From the IMG/VR virus record IMGVR_UViG_3300031521_000015: a DNA stretch of 64,000 nt; one strand, given 5' to 3'. Source of the DNA: a virus. This document shows, in pieces, positions 1-10,205 of the stretch (position 1 is its first letter; each line of letters opens with the position of its first letter). The position numbers and the translations under genes were made by a program. Under the pieces are notes generated by a model. That model saw only the letters and a program-made list of their open reading frames with translations, was not told where the DNA came from and searched no databases.

Positions 1-1082
1 ATTCAACTAAATATGTATTTAATGGAATTGTTGTTGAAGTGTTGGTATGACTTGTCTGTAGGGTTTTATGTTGTGAATTAGTGGTTATTTAATGTGGTTG
101 ATAATGGTTATTAATGTTTGGTTATTTGTTTTAATACATAGTATTCCTATAGGGGCGGTGCATTTACATTGTTATGTTCATTATCTGAACGCAATAGTCG
201 GACATCACATATATCGGCATACCAACTTTGGAGTGTAGCGATTGGTAAAACACGAACGTTAATCAAAATGTGTATCGGTTGTGCTTTCGTTCAGCCTTGT
301 TATACCAATACTTTAACTTATTTTTAAGTCATATATTTTACCATATTTACTACCCAATAACCCTCAAACCCACTAATACCAACCACTCACACGAACTCCA
401 CTCTATAACAGTTATATAGCACACATCGTAAAATAAATTCAAACAACCTCAACCTGTTACTATCACTACTCTAACACCAATTATTCACACCCTATTAAAA
501 CCCCGTCACGACAACTCCCTATCGTTAATTAAAATTCAAAAGATAATTAAAAAACAATTCAAAATAAAAAAGAGCCTACAGAAAAATATTCTGCAAACTC
601 AATTTGCTAATTATTTAATTATTAATATAAACTCAAAATATCAAAATCAACTACAACCACTCTCTCACAAATTCTAAACCCTATCTACACTTATACCTAA
701 AATAATCTATACCCTACTTACAATCCATCTCTAAGCTTGTCTAAATTACAAATCTATAAAAATAAATATACCAATCAAATAATTAATTCAGCAAACAAAA
801 AAGAGACTGCTCTAAATTAATTAAAATTCAAAACAGTCCCAATTGGAATAGAATGTTTACACAACTACATTATATCATTTTGTCTATATCTTAACAACAT
901 CCTATATAGGATAAGGGAGGGGGTATATTTTTAAATCCAGAATCTAAGTACCTAATATATAATACCCTACCCTATATAAAATTGGACATAAAAATAAGAC
1001 CATACTAATTAAATATGATCTCAACTTAAATACTAAAAGCCAATACATTATTACTCCTACTATATAATCTACCAACCAATAA

Positions 1083-1388
1083 TCAAATCCTAGCAATTTC
1101 AATATAACTTTTCATTAACTCCTTAACATCAGTATCACTAAGCCTATTTACAATATCAACTGTAATATCATTGAATTGGTTTACCTCATTACTCATAAAA
1201 ATTAAAACCAATACTTGTACTAAAAACATTAATTCTAATCCAACTATACCAATTAGATTCTTATTTGTTATTATCTTAATTAAACTATTATTCATTTTAT
1301 TGCTATGTTCTTTTCTTATTTCCTTTAATGTAATTTCACCTGATTTATATTTATTGTATTGGGCTATTGTCATTGTTGTTGTTTTCAT
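1083..1388 (-). CDS. Hypothetical membrane protein
   Basis: 101 aa, one hydrophobic segment, GGAGAG RBS. Confidence 0.7.
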   Translation of the reverse strand: MKTTTMTIAQYNKYKSGEITLKEIRKEHSNKMNNSLIKIITNKNLIGIVGLELMFLVQVLVLIFMSNEVNQFNDITVDIVNRLSDTDVKELMKSYIEIARI

Positions 1389-1421
1389 ATTAATATTCTC
1401 TCCATTACTTTATTATAGTAT

Positions 1422-1449
1422 ATACTATGAGTCAAACTTTTAATTTGTG
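1422..1449 (-). promoter_or_regulatory. SigK-like sporulation promoter
   Basis: Minus strand CACA-N16-CATAGTAT matches mACm-N16-CATAnnnT. Confidence 0.55.
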
Positions 1450-1511
1450 CTATATTGTTAAATTAAATTTCTAGTATCTAAATCTCATAATAATATAGTA
1501 TTAAATAACTT

Positions 1512-1832
1512 TTAACTTTCGTTTGTAATAAAGTATTCATTACTACTTTCCTTAACTAATACTATCTTAGATTTAGTTCTTTCTGTTAATAAAAAATATC
1601 CTTCTAAAATGCACACCTTATCATAGATTAATATTTGATACCAGTCTATCTTTTCCATAAGTAACCTAATAACTTGAACCTTATCATAATTATTAAAATC
1701 TTCTATATTTATGTTCTTTAATGTAAATTTAAAATCTCCAATAGTAAATTCAATATTTGTATAAAAAGATACACCTTCTTGTATCTCTTCATCTGTCATT
1801 TCTTTTATTGATTTAGTTTGTCCTTTCGCCAT
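1512..1832 (-). CDS. Hypothetical protein
   Basis: 106-aa ORF; upstream AACT-N15-CATATACT promoter-like site at 1869-1895. Confidence 0.65.
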   Translation of the reverse strand: MAKGQTKSIKEMTDEEIQEGVSFYTNIEFTIGDFKFTLKNINIEDFNNYDKVQVIRLLMEKIDWYQILIYDKVCILEGYFLLTERTKSKIVLVKESSNEYFITNES

Positions 1833-1897
1833 ATATAATACAACTCTTTATATAATTAATTACTATATAGTATATGCAATAGTATACTTAAAGTTTC

Positions 1898-2308
1898 TTA
1901 AAATAACCTTAACGCCATATCAAAAACACAAATAACTAATAATACCCATCCAACAATCTCAATTGCTTTATCAAAGATTCCACCTGTTAAGAATAATCTC
2001 AATCCATATCTCTTATTTTTTAATGGCATAAATAATGGTATTCCACTTCTAGTCATGCTATCCAATACTAAATGACTTGAATAGGACACAAACCAAATTA
2101 AGGCAATTTCTTTGCTAAATATATTTATAATTAATGTTGTAAATAACAAAAATATCAAACTATGTGTAAATGTTCTATGGAATGTCATACCAAGTTTACA
2201 ATCCAAATCTGGAGCAATTGAACCAAAAATTCCCAATAACCCTAATGGACTTGCCAGCATGGGAATACTTACCAATGTACCTATAACTAAATGTGTTTTC
2301 TTTGTCAT
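1898..2308 (-). CDS. YdjM/DUF457-type membrane metal-dependent hydrolase
   Basis: Motifs TH, GSIAPDLD, HRTFTHSL, SHLVLDSMTRSGIPL. Confidence 0.85.
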   Translation of the reverse strand: MTKKTHLVIGTLVSIPMLASPLGLLGIFGSIAPDLDCKLGMTFHRTFTHSLIFLLFTTLIINIFSKEIALIWFVSYSSHLVLDSMTRSGIPLFMPLKNKRYGLRLFLTGGIFDKAIEIVGWVLLVICVFDMALRLF

Positions 2309-2798
2309 CGTAAAATCACGCTCCTTTTGTCGCTACGCAAGCCATGCCACTCCTACCCTTCCTATCGCTTAGGCTTTTTATTAGGTTAAATAGGGCTTTA
2401 TACTTGTACTATTTGTCTAGTTATACTTTATGTCCTATAGTCTATATTTCCGTATCTATCGTATTACTGTACCTTATATCGTAGTTTACTATATAAAGCT
2501 TATTGTATTATTTCTTATCTTCTATATAGTATTCTCTATTTTACTTAAAACTATACTATGTATTTAAATTTAAACGCAAAAAATAAGACCATAACTTAAT
2601 ATGATCTTAATAATTTAAGTATTATATAATTTAAAATAGTACCTGACTAAACAACAATGCATAGTATTATAATTAATATTGTAAATAATAAATGTGCTAT
2701 TGTTTACATATCTAGTTTTCTTTCTATTTTATAGATTACAAGCATCATAAATTACTTTTTTAAGTTTATACGTATAATTTTCCTATCTCTTAAAACTA

Positions 2799-3023
2799 TT
2801 AACTTGCAAAACTAGCTAACCATTTTATAAAACTACCAACCCAACCTTCACTTATACTGAAGCTAACACTATTTAACCATGTAAAAAGGTATATTCCTGT
2901 TCCAACCCAACCACATAACACCATTAATTCTCCAAATTCTTTTTTACCCATACATTTAAATATTTTAGATGATATAAAACTAGCTGATCCAACTACTATG
3001 ACATTTGATATCATATTAAACAT
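2799..3023 (-). CDS. SpoIIIAC/AD-like two-TM small membrane protein
   Basis: TM-(IFKCMGKKEFGELMVLCG)-TM resembles the SpoIIIAC loop ILDQMGKKEYAQWVTLLG. Confidence 0.55.
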   Translation of the reverse strand: MFNMISNVIVVGSASFISSKIFKCMGKKEFGELMVLCGWVGTGIYLFTWLNSVSFSISEGWVGSFIKWLASFAS

Positions 3024-3031
3024 ATTATCAC

Positions 3032-3220
3032 CTATCCTATATGTGAAATTACTTGAATTAATTTTACTACTCCAGCAATTGCACTTATAGCTATTTGACT
3101 ATACCCTGCAATGCTTACATATTGTCCCATTTCTGTTTTCCCTAAATTGTTTAATATTTTTTCTCCTACTATTGAAGCTACTCCTAAAGATGTTAAACCT
3201 GCTATTACTACTGCGTTCAT
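3032..3220 (-). CDS. SpoIIIAC/AD-like two-TM small membrane protein
   Basis: TM-(ILNNLGKTEMGQYVSIAG)-TM; GAGGGAG RBS favours the second Met (MNAVV). Confidence 0.6.
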   Translation of the reverse strand: MNAVVIAGLTSLGVASIVGEKILNNLGKTEMGQYVSIAGYSQIAISAIAGVVKLIQVISHIG

Positions 3221-3530
3221 ATTATATCTCTCCCTCATTATTATTTATTATTTAATACAATTCTATTATTTTTCTGTCATAATCTACCTCATAAGATTCC
3301 ACACTATATAAATCATAAATTACTTCTTCCATATCTTGTTCAGTGTTTATTTTAAAATCATTACATTCATTATAATATTCTCTATAGTCTTTTATAAAAT
3401 TTTTAAAAGCAATTGTTTTCATATTTATTTCACCTCACATGTATATTATCTAAATTTAAGGTAATACTATTTATCATAAGGGATACAAGAATTTGAATAT
3501 CATCAGTTTTCAAATTCTTGTATATGAACA

Positions 3531-3836
3531 TTATTTTACGTTGGCTTTTGGAAATTGAATCACATTAGATTTAGCCTTGGACTGAGATTGGGACTTTTTA
3601 GTTTTAGTCTCAGTTTTTGCTTTAACTTTTTTAGGTTGCTCAATTTCTTTATAATTTGCACACATGTTCTTGACAACTTTCCTAAGTTGAATTGTTACAA
3701 AATGAGTAACTTTATATGCAGTTTTAAATGTTCCTATAATTAATCTTCTTACGCTTCTTGGTACAAGTAATAATGCTACATTGACAAGAACCATCATTAA
3801 TATTAATTGACCTAGTGAGTTTATTATGTATTTCAT
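3531..3836 (-). CDS. Hypothetical membrane-anchored basic protein
   Basis: AGGAGG RBS before MKYIINS; N-terminal TM, Lys-rich tail. Confidence 0.7.
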   Translation of the reverse strand: MKYIINSLGQLILMMVLVNVALLLVPRSVRRLIIGTFKTAYKVTHFVTIQLRKVVKNMCANYKEIEQPKKVKAKTETKTKKSQSQSKAKSNVIQFPKANVK

Positions 3837-4218
3837 AAGAAATACCTCCTTCTTAAAGTTTATTTCATATCTCAAAAAGTGAGATAGCTTATCGTAAGTT
3901 TACTGAAATTGATTTGCTAATTACCAATAACTTATAATATAAATATCATTACAATGATTCATCTAGTATATAGTCAACTATTTATACTGAATACCAATTA
4001 AGATTAAGTATTCAAACTTGACTTTCATTGCATATCTAGTATAAATAATCAAGCCATATACTAGATAAATATTGTAGTGATACCATATCATAAGTCTAGT
4101 AATTACATATCAATTCTTAAACTTATGATATATATCTATCTTTTGAAATTAGAATAATCTTATTCAGAATATTCTTTCTTTTGTGATATGTATTCCTCCT
4201 TCAAGGAGGGGTATTTTA

Positions 4219-4845
4219 TTAATAGCATAATACTTTTGCTATATCTTCCATATTCACATCTAATTGAGTTATTTTAAATTGAGTATCATTTTCTGCTTCA
4301 TAATCTTTATTTGTATTTTGGATTATTATAAGTCGTGGCATTGTTAGTTCTTCTTCCCCTGTTTCTTCGTTTATTGCCCTTGTTTTATCCAATATGGCAT
4401 TTATAGTATCGTTATCTTTAAATCGTTTTAAATCTATATAATCATGTCTAATTTGCATTTCTACAATTTGATAATACATGTTTCCATCAAATTTAAAAGA
4501 TACATATAGATCTGGTTTAATATTATTAAATACAGGTTCTATCTCTATTTCTTGAATATCACATCCTAAAGTTTTCAATCCACACAAATATTCTAAAACT
4601 TTTATATTATGAATAGATACTCTTTTTATTTTAGAATCATATGGTACATAAACGAGTTCGTTGGTTTCTTGATTTTTAAAAACTCTGATATATTCTCCCA
4701 TTTCAGCAATCTTTTTAAGTCTCTTTCTTGCAACATCATATGCATAACGTTTTTTTGTAAAATACATATCTGCTATATTTTTTATTGTTGCGTAGCCAAT
4801 AGTCTCTATAAAATCTATTATCAGTTTATCTCTTTCAACTATCAT
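4219..4845 (-). CDS. Replication-relaxation (Replic_Relax)-family wHTH + PD-(D/E)xK nuclease
   Basis: N-terminal ERD..II...ARKRLKK wHTH; H, IKPDLY and IVEMQ motifs; overlaps the FtsK stop (ATGA). Confidence 0.7.
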   Translation of the reverse strand: MIVERDKLIIDFIETIGYATIKNIADMYFTKKRYAYDVARKRLKKIAEMGEYIRVFKNQETNELVYVPYDSKIKRVSIHNIKVLEYLCGLKTLGCDIQEIEIEPVFNNIKPDLYVSFKFDGNMYYQIVEMQIRHDYIDLKRFKDNDTINAILDKTRAINEETGEEELTMPRLIIIQNTNKDYEAENDTQFKITQLDVNMEDIAKVLCY

Positions 4846-6332
4846 AATTTTCTTTTCCCTTCATTAATTGATTTTTTAGTATTACTAGGTAATTTAGTCT
4901 TATCAATAATAGTCATTCCTGTATAATTATCATAAGGAACACAATTAGGTATCTTAGACATGCCTTCTTCTAGCATTTCCTTTTCTGTTTTAATACGAGT
5001 GCCTACTTCTACTAACTTTCTCTTTCCTTGTTTAACTCCATCCCTATGTTGTAATTTCTCTAAGTCATCAAACAATGTTCTGTGATTAGGTTTAATAAAA
5101 GGTTTTATATATTCATATATTTTTTTATTATCAACTATTGGAACTAATCCGTATTCCCATGAATCCAAATGATAAACTATTTCTCTTCTCTTTAAATCTA
5201 ACGCCCTTTTGCTATCATCTGTGGCTATTTCACTTGACTTCTGATTTGCCTGTCTATATGATATATTTATATTTGACATTGCTTTTATGAAGCTAGGGAT
5301 ATTATCAACTGTACTTCTTTGTACACTACTATAAAGAAAGACTGAAAGTGAAGCCCCGTATTGTGCAATGGATTCGATATATCCACTTATTTCTTCTTTA
5401 AGTTTCTTTTCATCACTACCATTACCTTTTGTTTGAAAAAGTGCCATCATTTCATCAAAAGCAATCAGTATCATAGGTTCTTTTGTAAAAACCTTCTTTA
5501 ACTCATTATATTCAAAGATATTATCAACTATTGCTTTTTTCCTATAAGGTTTTATTTTTGAAATTCTATCAGGTATAATTACTTCTTTTATATATTTCAA
5601 TACGTCTCTTGTTTTCTCTAAAGTATCTGCAAAAGCTTTAGTATGAATTACATCCTCATATAGGCAGAGATCATTTTTTGCCACTTGACACAAGTACAAT
5701 TGTAAATCTTCTGGACTACAATTTACTATTAAATTAGTTATCGTACAATCTTCTCCTTTTGATTTTCCGCTTCTTGTAGTTCCTGATACTAATAGATGTG
5801 GATTTTTTCTCAAATCTCCAAATATAGCATTTCCAGCAAAATCATTGCATATAAATAGCTTATAAGGACTTTTCTCTTTAATAATTTCAAATCCCTTTTT
5901 GTCATTTTGATTAAATATAAACTTAGCATTTATCCATTTACTAGCCTTTGAATGATTAAATATAATACAACAACCTAAATTCTCTTCTATCATATCTCTT
6001 TGAGAGTCTAATTTATCAAATGTTAAAGGTGGAACTATATATATCTGTCCAGATAAACCGTAGGGTGTGAATTTGATTTTATTAAGAGCATAAGTAAAAT
6101 ACATTTTGTTATAAAGCCCTGATAAAGTCATAATATCTAACCATGTATTTTTAAATTTATTTATAACCGAAGATTTTTTAGATTCTTTTATTTCTTCTTT
6201 TTCCATTATTGCTATACATATTTTTTTGATTTGTTGTTCTAGTCGCCCTTGGCATTCTTTTTCTTCAGTGTTATCAGGTATTGTTTTAGGTTCTTTTACT
6301 TCTTCTTTTATTTCTTGTTTTAATAATTGCAT
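4842..6332 (-). CDS. FtsK/SpoIIIE-family ATPase
   Basis: PHLLVSGTTRSGKS Walker A, IAFDE Walker B, SVQR motif. Confidence 0.9.
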   Translation of the reverse strand: MQLLKQEIKEEVKEPKTIPDNTEEKECQGRLEQQIKKICIAIMEKEEIKESKKSSVINKFKNTWLDIMTLSGLYNKMYFTYALNKIKFTPYGLSGQIYIVPPLTFDKLDSQRDMIEENLGCCIIFNHSKASKWINAKFIFNQNDKKGFEIIKEKSPYKLFICNDFAGNAIFGDLRKNPHLLVSGTTRSGKSKGEDCTITNLIVNCSPEDLQLYLCQVAKNDLCLYEDVIHTKAFADTLEKTRDVLKYIKEVIIPDRISKIKPYRKKAIVDNIFEYNELKKVFTKEPMILIAFDEMMALFQTKGNGSDEKKLKEEISGYIESIAQYGASLSVFLYSSVQRSTVDNIPSFIKAMSNINISYRQANQKSSEIATDDSKRALDLKRREIVYHLDSWEYGLVPIVDNKKIYEYIKPFIKPNHRTLFDDLEKLQHRDGVKQGKRKLVEVGTRIKTEKEMLEEGMSKIPNCVPYDNYTGMTIIDKTKLPSNTKKSINEGKRKL

Positions 6333-6357
6333 ATCGTTTCCTCCTTTCTTTTAATAT

Positions 6358-6385
6358 ATACTATGATATTTCTTATTGATGTGTT
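6358..6385 (-). promoter_or_regulatory. SigK-like sporulation promoter of the FtsK operon
   Basis: Minus strand AACA-N16-CATAGTAT directly upstream of the AGGAGG RBS. Confidence 0.6.
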
Positions 6386-6399
6386 ACAACTTTTTTATT

Positions 6400-6573
6400 T
6401 TAGAATGTGGAATTTTTAGATTCTTTATTTAGTCTATCTATTTTCCTTACTCGTGATCTAACATTCATCATTTCTATTTTATTCTCTTTGCTATTACCTT
6501 TAAAACAATAAACTGTATATGCAATGGTCATAGAAGCTAACCATCCACCTGCTAATATTAATATTTGTTGCAT
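6400..6573 (-). CDS. Small membrane protein (57 aa, not in ORF track)
   Basis: AAGGAG RBS; MQQILILAGGWLASMTIAYTVYCF... Confidence 0.55.
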   Translation of the reverse strand: MQQILILAGGWLASMTIAYTVYCFKGNSKENKIEMMNVRSRVRKIDRLNKESKNSTF

Positions 6574-6776
6574 TGTCTTTAACTCCTTATTGATTTCTTA
6601 TAATATATACTATTCGATAATGATTTAAATGATACCCATTTAATGAAAATAATCATTAAATAATTACAAAAATCAGTCAAAAACATCTAAATTTACATAA
6701 TTTTTAGTAGTTTTAAATGATTATTTTGATTAAAATAGATATAAACTATAATCAAAACAAATTAATATAATAACAA

Positions 6777-6805
6777 TTGACAAGTAATATTCTTTGTGAT
6801 ATACT
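6777..6805 (+). promoter_or_regulatory. SigA promoter of endonuclease cassette 1
   Basis: TTGACA-N17-TATACT with extended TG. Confidence 0.85.
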
Positions 6806-6811
6806 AATCTT

Positions 6812-6918
6812 AAGGGATAGTTTAGTCTGATCAACTAAATGATAAAGGAGTATCAATCGCCCTTCCCTACTATATTTAGGATTGATAACAAATTAAAATA
6901 CATATTGAAAGGATTGAT
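6812..6918 (+). ncRNA. Structured leader RNA, copy 1
   Basis: P1 AGGGA/TCCCT; P2 loop TGATCA; P3 loop ATCAATC complementary to GATTGAT at 6880 and 6912. Confidence 0.7.
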
Positions 6919-8333
6919 TGTTAATGGAAGAAAAGAAAATTAAACAAGAAAAATTTAAAAAGGTGTTTTTAGATGATTTACCACATGGAGGTAAAGGTGT
7001 TAAAAATTCAAGTATAAATTGGTTGGAATCTAAAAATTATAAAGTAAGATTCATTTATAACAATGTTGAAGGTTGGGTAGAAATTACAGAAGTTAAAAGA
7101 GAAAATGGAAAAACTATGTTAGGTATAAAATATTTAGATAATGATATATTTTATATATTTACAGGTCACTTTCAACAATGTAAATTAAAAGAATTACTTG
7201 GACTAATAAACCATGATTACGTATATAAAGTTAATGAAATAATAAAAGACGAAAAAAGAAATCTATTAATATTAGAACAATTTTATATAAACGGATATAG
7301 ATATTATAAATATGAATGTTTGAATTGTAGATATATTGGTACTATAGCTGAAAGTCATTTAAAAGAAGGAAAAAATTGTTCAATTTGCTCACATCAAAAA
7401 GTTCAAAAAGAAATTAATTCAATATGGGCAACTGATAATGAATTAGTTAAATATTTTGTTAATGAAGAAGAAAGTTATAAATATCCACATTATAGTGAAC
7501 AATCTATTAAAGTAAAATGTCCTGATTGTGGGTCTATACGAAAAATATCAATAATATCTTTATATATAAATGGATTCACTTGTCCAAAGTGTGGTGATGG
7601 AATTTCTATGCCTAATAAAATGATGTTTAACGTATTAGAACAATTATTAGAATTAGACAATTTCAAAAGAGAATATTCACCAGAATGGATAGGCAGAAGA
7701 TTATATGATTTTTACTTCATATATAATGAAAAAGAATATATAATTGAAATGGATGGTGGTTTAGGTCATGGTAATATGGTATATAATGAAAATAATATGA
7801 CTTCAGAAGAATCCTTAGAAATTGATGACTACAAAGATAAAATGGCTGTTGAACATGGAATGCAAAAACCTATTCGAATTGATTGTAATCCCAGCAAATT
7901 TGATTATATAAAAAATAATATATTAATGGATGATAGACTAAATAAACTATTTGATTTGTCTAAAATTGATTGGAATAATGTTTTTCAATATACTTTAACA
8001 AATCAAATGAAAGAAGCTTGTGATTTATGGAATGATGGTAAAAATGTTAAAGAAATAAGTAATGTTTTTAAAATTAGTACAGGTGCGATTCGTAGATATT
8101 TGAATGATGGAAATAAGTTAAATTTGTGTCATTATAATGGATCTGAAAATAGTAAGAATAGTAATATAAGAAATGTAATATGTATAGAATATAATTTGAT
8201 GTTCAATTCCATAACAGAATGTGTAGAACAATTATCAAAAATGTTAAATTTAAAATTCAATATATGTAATATATCAGAGGTATGTAAAGGTAATAGAAAA
8301 ACTCATAATAAATTACACTTTGAATTTGCATAA
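6918..8333 (+). CDS. Zinc-ribbon + PD-(D/E)xK-like (YDFY..IIEMDG) + NUMOD1-like free-standing endonuclease
   Basis: Multiple CxxC; YDFYF..IIEMDGGLGH; C-terminal ISEVCKGNRKTH; paralogous to 46764, 53932 and 62821. Confidence 0.75.
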   Translation: MLMEEKKIKQEKFKKVFLDDLPHGGKGVKNSSINWLESKNYKVRFIYNNVEGWVEITEVKRENGKTMLGIKYLDNDIFYIFTGHFQQCKLKELLGLINHDYVYKVNEIIKDEKRNLLILEQFYINGYRYYKYECLNCRYIGTIAESHLKEGKNCSICSHQKVQKEINSIWATDNELVKYFVNEEESYKYPHYSEQSIKVKCPDCGSIRKISIISLYINGFTCPKCGDGISMPNKMMFNVLEQLLELDNFKREYSPEWIGRRLYDFYFIYNEKEYIIEMDGGLGHGNMVYNENNMTSEESLEIDDYKDKMAVEHGMQKPIRIDCNPSKFDYIKNNILMDDRLNKLFDLSKIDWNNVFQYTLTNQMKEACDLWNDGKNVKEISNVFKISTGAIRRYLNDGNKLNLCHYNGSENSKNSNIRNVICIEYNLMFNSITECVEQLSKMLNLKFNICNISEVCKGNRKTHNKLHFEFA

Positions 8334-8340
8334 ATTTTTA

Positions 8341-8371
8341 AAGCTTAGATTAATTTCTAGGCTTATTTTTT
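8341..8371 (+). terminator. Intrinsic terminator
   Basis: AAGCTTAGA/TCTAGGCTT stem followed by T-tract. Confidence 0.65.
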
Positions 8372-8439
8372 AATTGAAAACAAAAAAGCACCTACAATTA
8401 AAAAATGTAAGTGCTTGGACTGTTATTATTTATATTTGT

Positions 8440-9522
8440 TTAACTCCAAAAATCTGCATTCATCATATCTCGTAATTTTTGTTTTGTTGCAACTGGCTCT
8501 TCCTTGTTTGTATCTTTAGATGTGGTATTATTACTTTTATTTTTACTACCATTTTCTCTAAATTCAAATACTTTTTCTTCATCTTCTAATTCTTCGTCTT
8601 TCATATTATCATAAGCTTCTTGAAGAGTTTGTATATATTCATCTGGACTTGTTACCCCACCAAGTACCATTAAATTCTTACTGCCATAATCGGTCTTTCC
8701 CCACATTTTAGCTTTAAATAATTCTTTCCATTCATCTTTATCATATATACCCTTTTCAAATATACCTCCCATATAAGAACAATCTAAATTATTAGGCATT
8801 ACAAAAGGAGAATTATCCATACTATAATCTACTGCATCTACTAATGATTTGAATTTATCAGCCAATGGTAATATTACTTTATATTTGTTTGCTGAATTAA
8901 TCATTTTAGTATCATTAATATCTACTGCCCCTTCTTGTAATTCATATGAATCTAAAATTAATTTCATACATAGTTTGTTAAATTCGTCTTCATTTTGCAT
9001 TTTGTCATTGTCTATATATTGATAAGAATTGACTACCCCTTGAACTCTTAATTTTGTAATTTTTGAATGTAATTTAAGTGCATTTCCTATTGTTGTCTTT
9101 CCTTCTGACAATGCTGGCATAGCAACAACTAAATTAATTGCTAATTTTGAATTTAAATGCCTTAATACGTTAGTTAATGTTGTAAGTGAACCACCTCCAA
9201 ATCCGCCACCACTAGCTAGATATATTGACGCAACATCATAATTATCTGTTTTATTAGCAAGGAAATTTATAAATTTACTTCTATCTTTTGATATGCTTTC
9301 TTGTGCTACATCTTGATTCCTTCCTGTACCACCACCATTTATTGCCAAGCCATTAATAGTTGAATTATAGTGTTTTAATCTCTTCATTTCATTTATGTTA
9401 GAGTTCACAAATACACCATCGTATACCGATTGTAATACGTTTTCTGAATTATCTAATAAATCCATGAAAGTATCTAATAGTTTATTACCTGTACCACCTG
9501 TCCCAATATTTAGTACGTTCAT
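8440..9522 (-). CDS. tubZ: TubZ tubulin/FtsZ-like partition GTPase
   Basis: IGTGGTGNK, GGGTGRN and SGGGFGGGS tubulin signature; follows a wHTH gene. Confidence 0.9.
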   Translation of the reverse strand: MNVLNIGTGGTGNKLLDTFMDLLDNSENVLQSVYDGVFVNSNINEMKRLKHYNSTINGLAINGGGTGRNQDVAQESISKDRSKFINFLANKTDNYDVASIYLASGGGFGGGSLTTLTNVLRHLNSKLAINLVVAMPALSEGKTTIGNALKLHSKITKLRVQGVVNSYQYIDNDKMQNEDEFNKLCMKLILDSYELQEGAVDINDTKMINSANKYKVILPLADKFKSLVDAVDYSMDNSPFVMPNNLDCSYMGGIFEKGIYDKDEWKELFKAKMWGKTDYGSKNLMVLGGVTSPDEYIQTLQEAYDNMKDEELEDEEKVFEFRENGSKNKSNNTTSKDTNKEEPVATKQKLRDMMNADFWS

Positions 9523-9525
9523 TTC

Positions 9526-9789
9526 TTAACACATCCCCTTTAATTCTAATAATTCTTTCATTCCCTTTTCAGTAACAATATAACTTTTTGCATTTTTAAC
9601 TGATAATCCGTTTTCAATCAATCCTTGGTTGAAAAAATTCAATAATGTATTAGTTACTTTTGTTATACTCATTCCTGTTTTATCCATAATTTCTTTTTTA
9701 GTAGTACCATTTGTTTTTATATTACCTTTGGTTTTATCATTTTCACTTAAAATACTTTGAAGTATTTTAAAATCGTTTTGCGTTATCAT
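9526..9789 (-). CDS. tubR: TubR centromere-binding winged-helix protein
   Basis: 87-aa wHTH (GLIENG..YIVTEKG) immediately upstream of tubZ. Confidence 0.8.
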   Translation of the reverse strand: MITQNDFKILQSILSENDKTKGNIKTNGTTKKEIMDKTGMSITKVTNTLLNFFNQGLIENGLSVKNAKSYIVTEKGMKELLELKGMC

Positions 9790-9905
9790 TATTGTGATTT
9801 CACCTCACTTTTAGATAAGTATAACAAATATATAATTATAAATCAATAGTAATTTTAAAAATATCGTATCTGTATAGTATTTTAATTTTGTAACTGTTTT
9901 AATAT

Positions 9906-9933
9906 ACTATATGTTTAATATACAAATAGTGTT
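9906..9933 (-). promoter_or_regulatory. SigK-like promoter upstream of tubRZ
   Basis: Minus strand AACA-N16-CATATAGT. Confidence 0.5.
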
Positions 9934-10205
9934 ACTATAGTTGTTAAATACTTTATAAATAGTGTAACTATAAAAGTATAGTAGTTTATATATACTATAT
10001 GGATAGTGTATGATTAGTTTATAAATAGTGTGTAAGTAAATCTAAAGTATCTCATTTAGTAAGTAAAGTAAAGTGAAACTTAAAATATCAAAAACTTAAC
10101 TAAATATAAATTATCATAAAAACAAATATAATAATAGTGATTACTTTTTATTACTTTATGGTATACTTATAATATAATTAGAATTCATAAAGGAGTGATT
10201 TAGAT

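Noticed and set aside
155-182. dif-like site (..TTATGTTCAT)
   Set aside because: Only a partial XerD-like arm; the XerC arm does not match
6812-6870. Hammerhead ribozyme reading of the leader RNA (CTGA..GA.A)
   Set aside because: The CUGANGA core is absent in the other four copies and CTGATCA is in a hairpin loop
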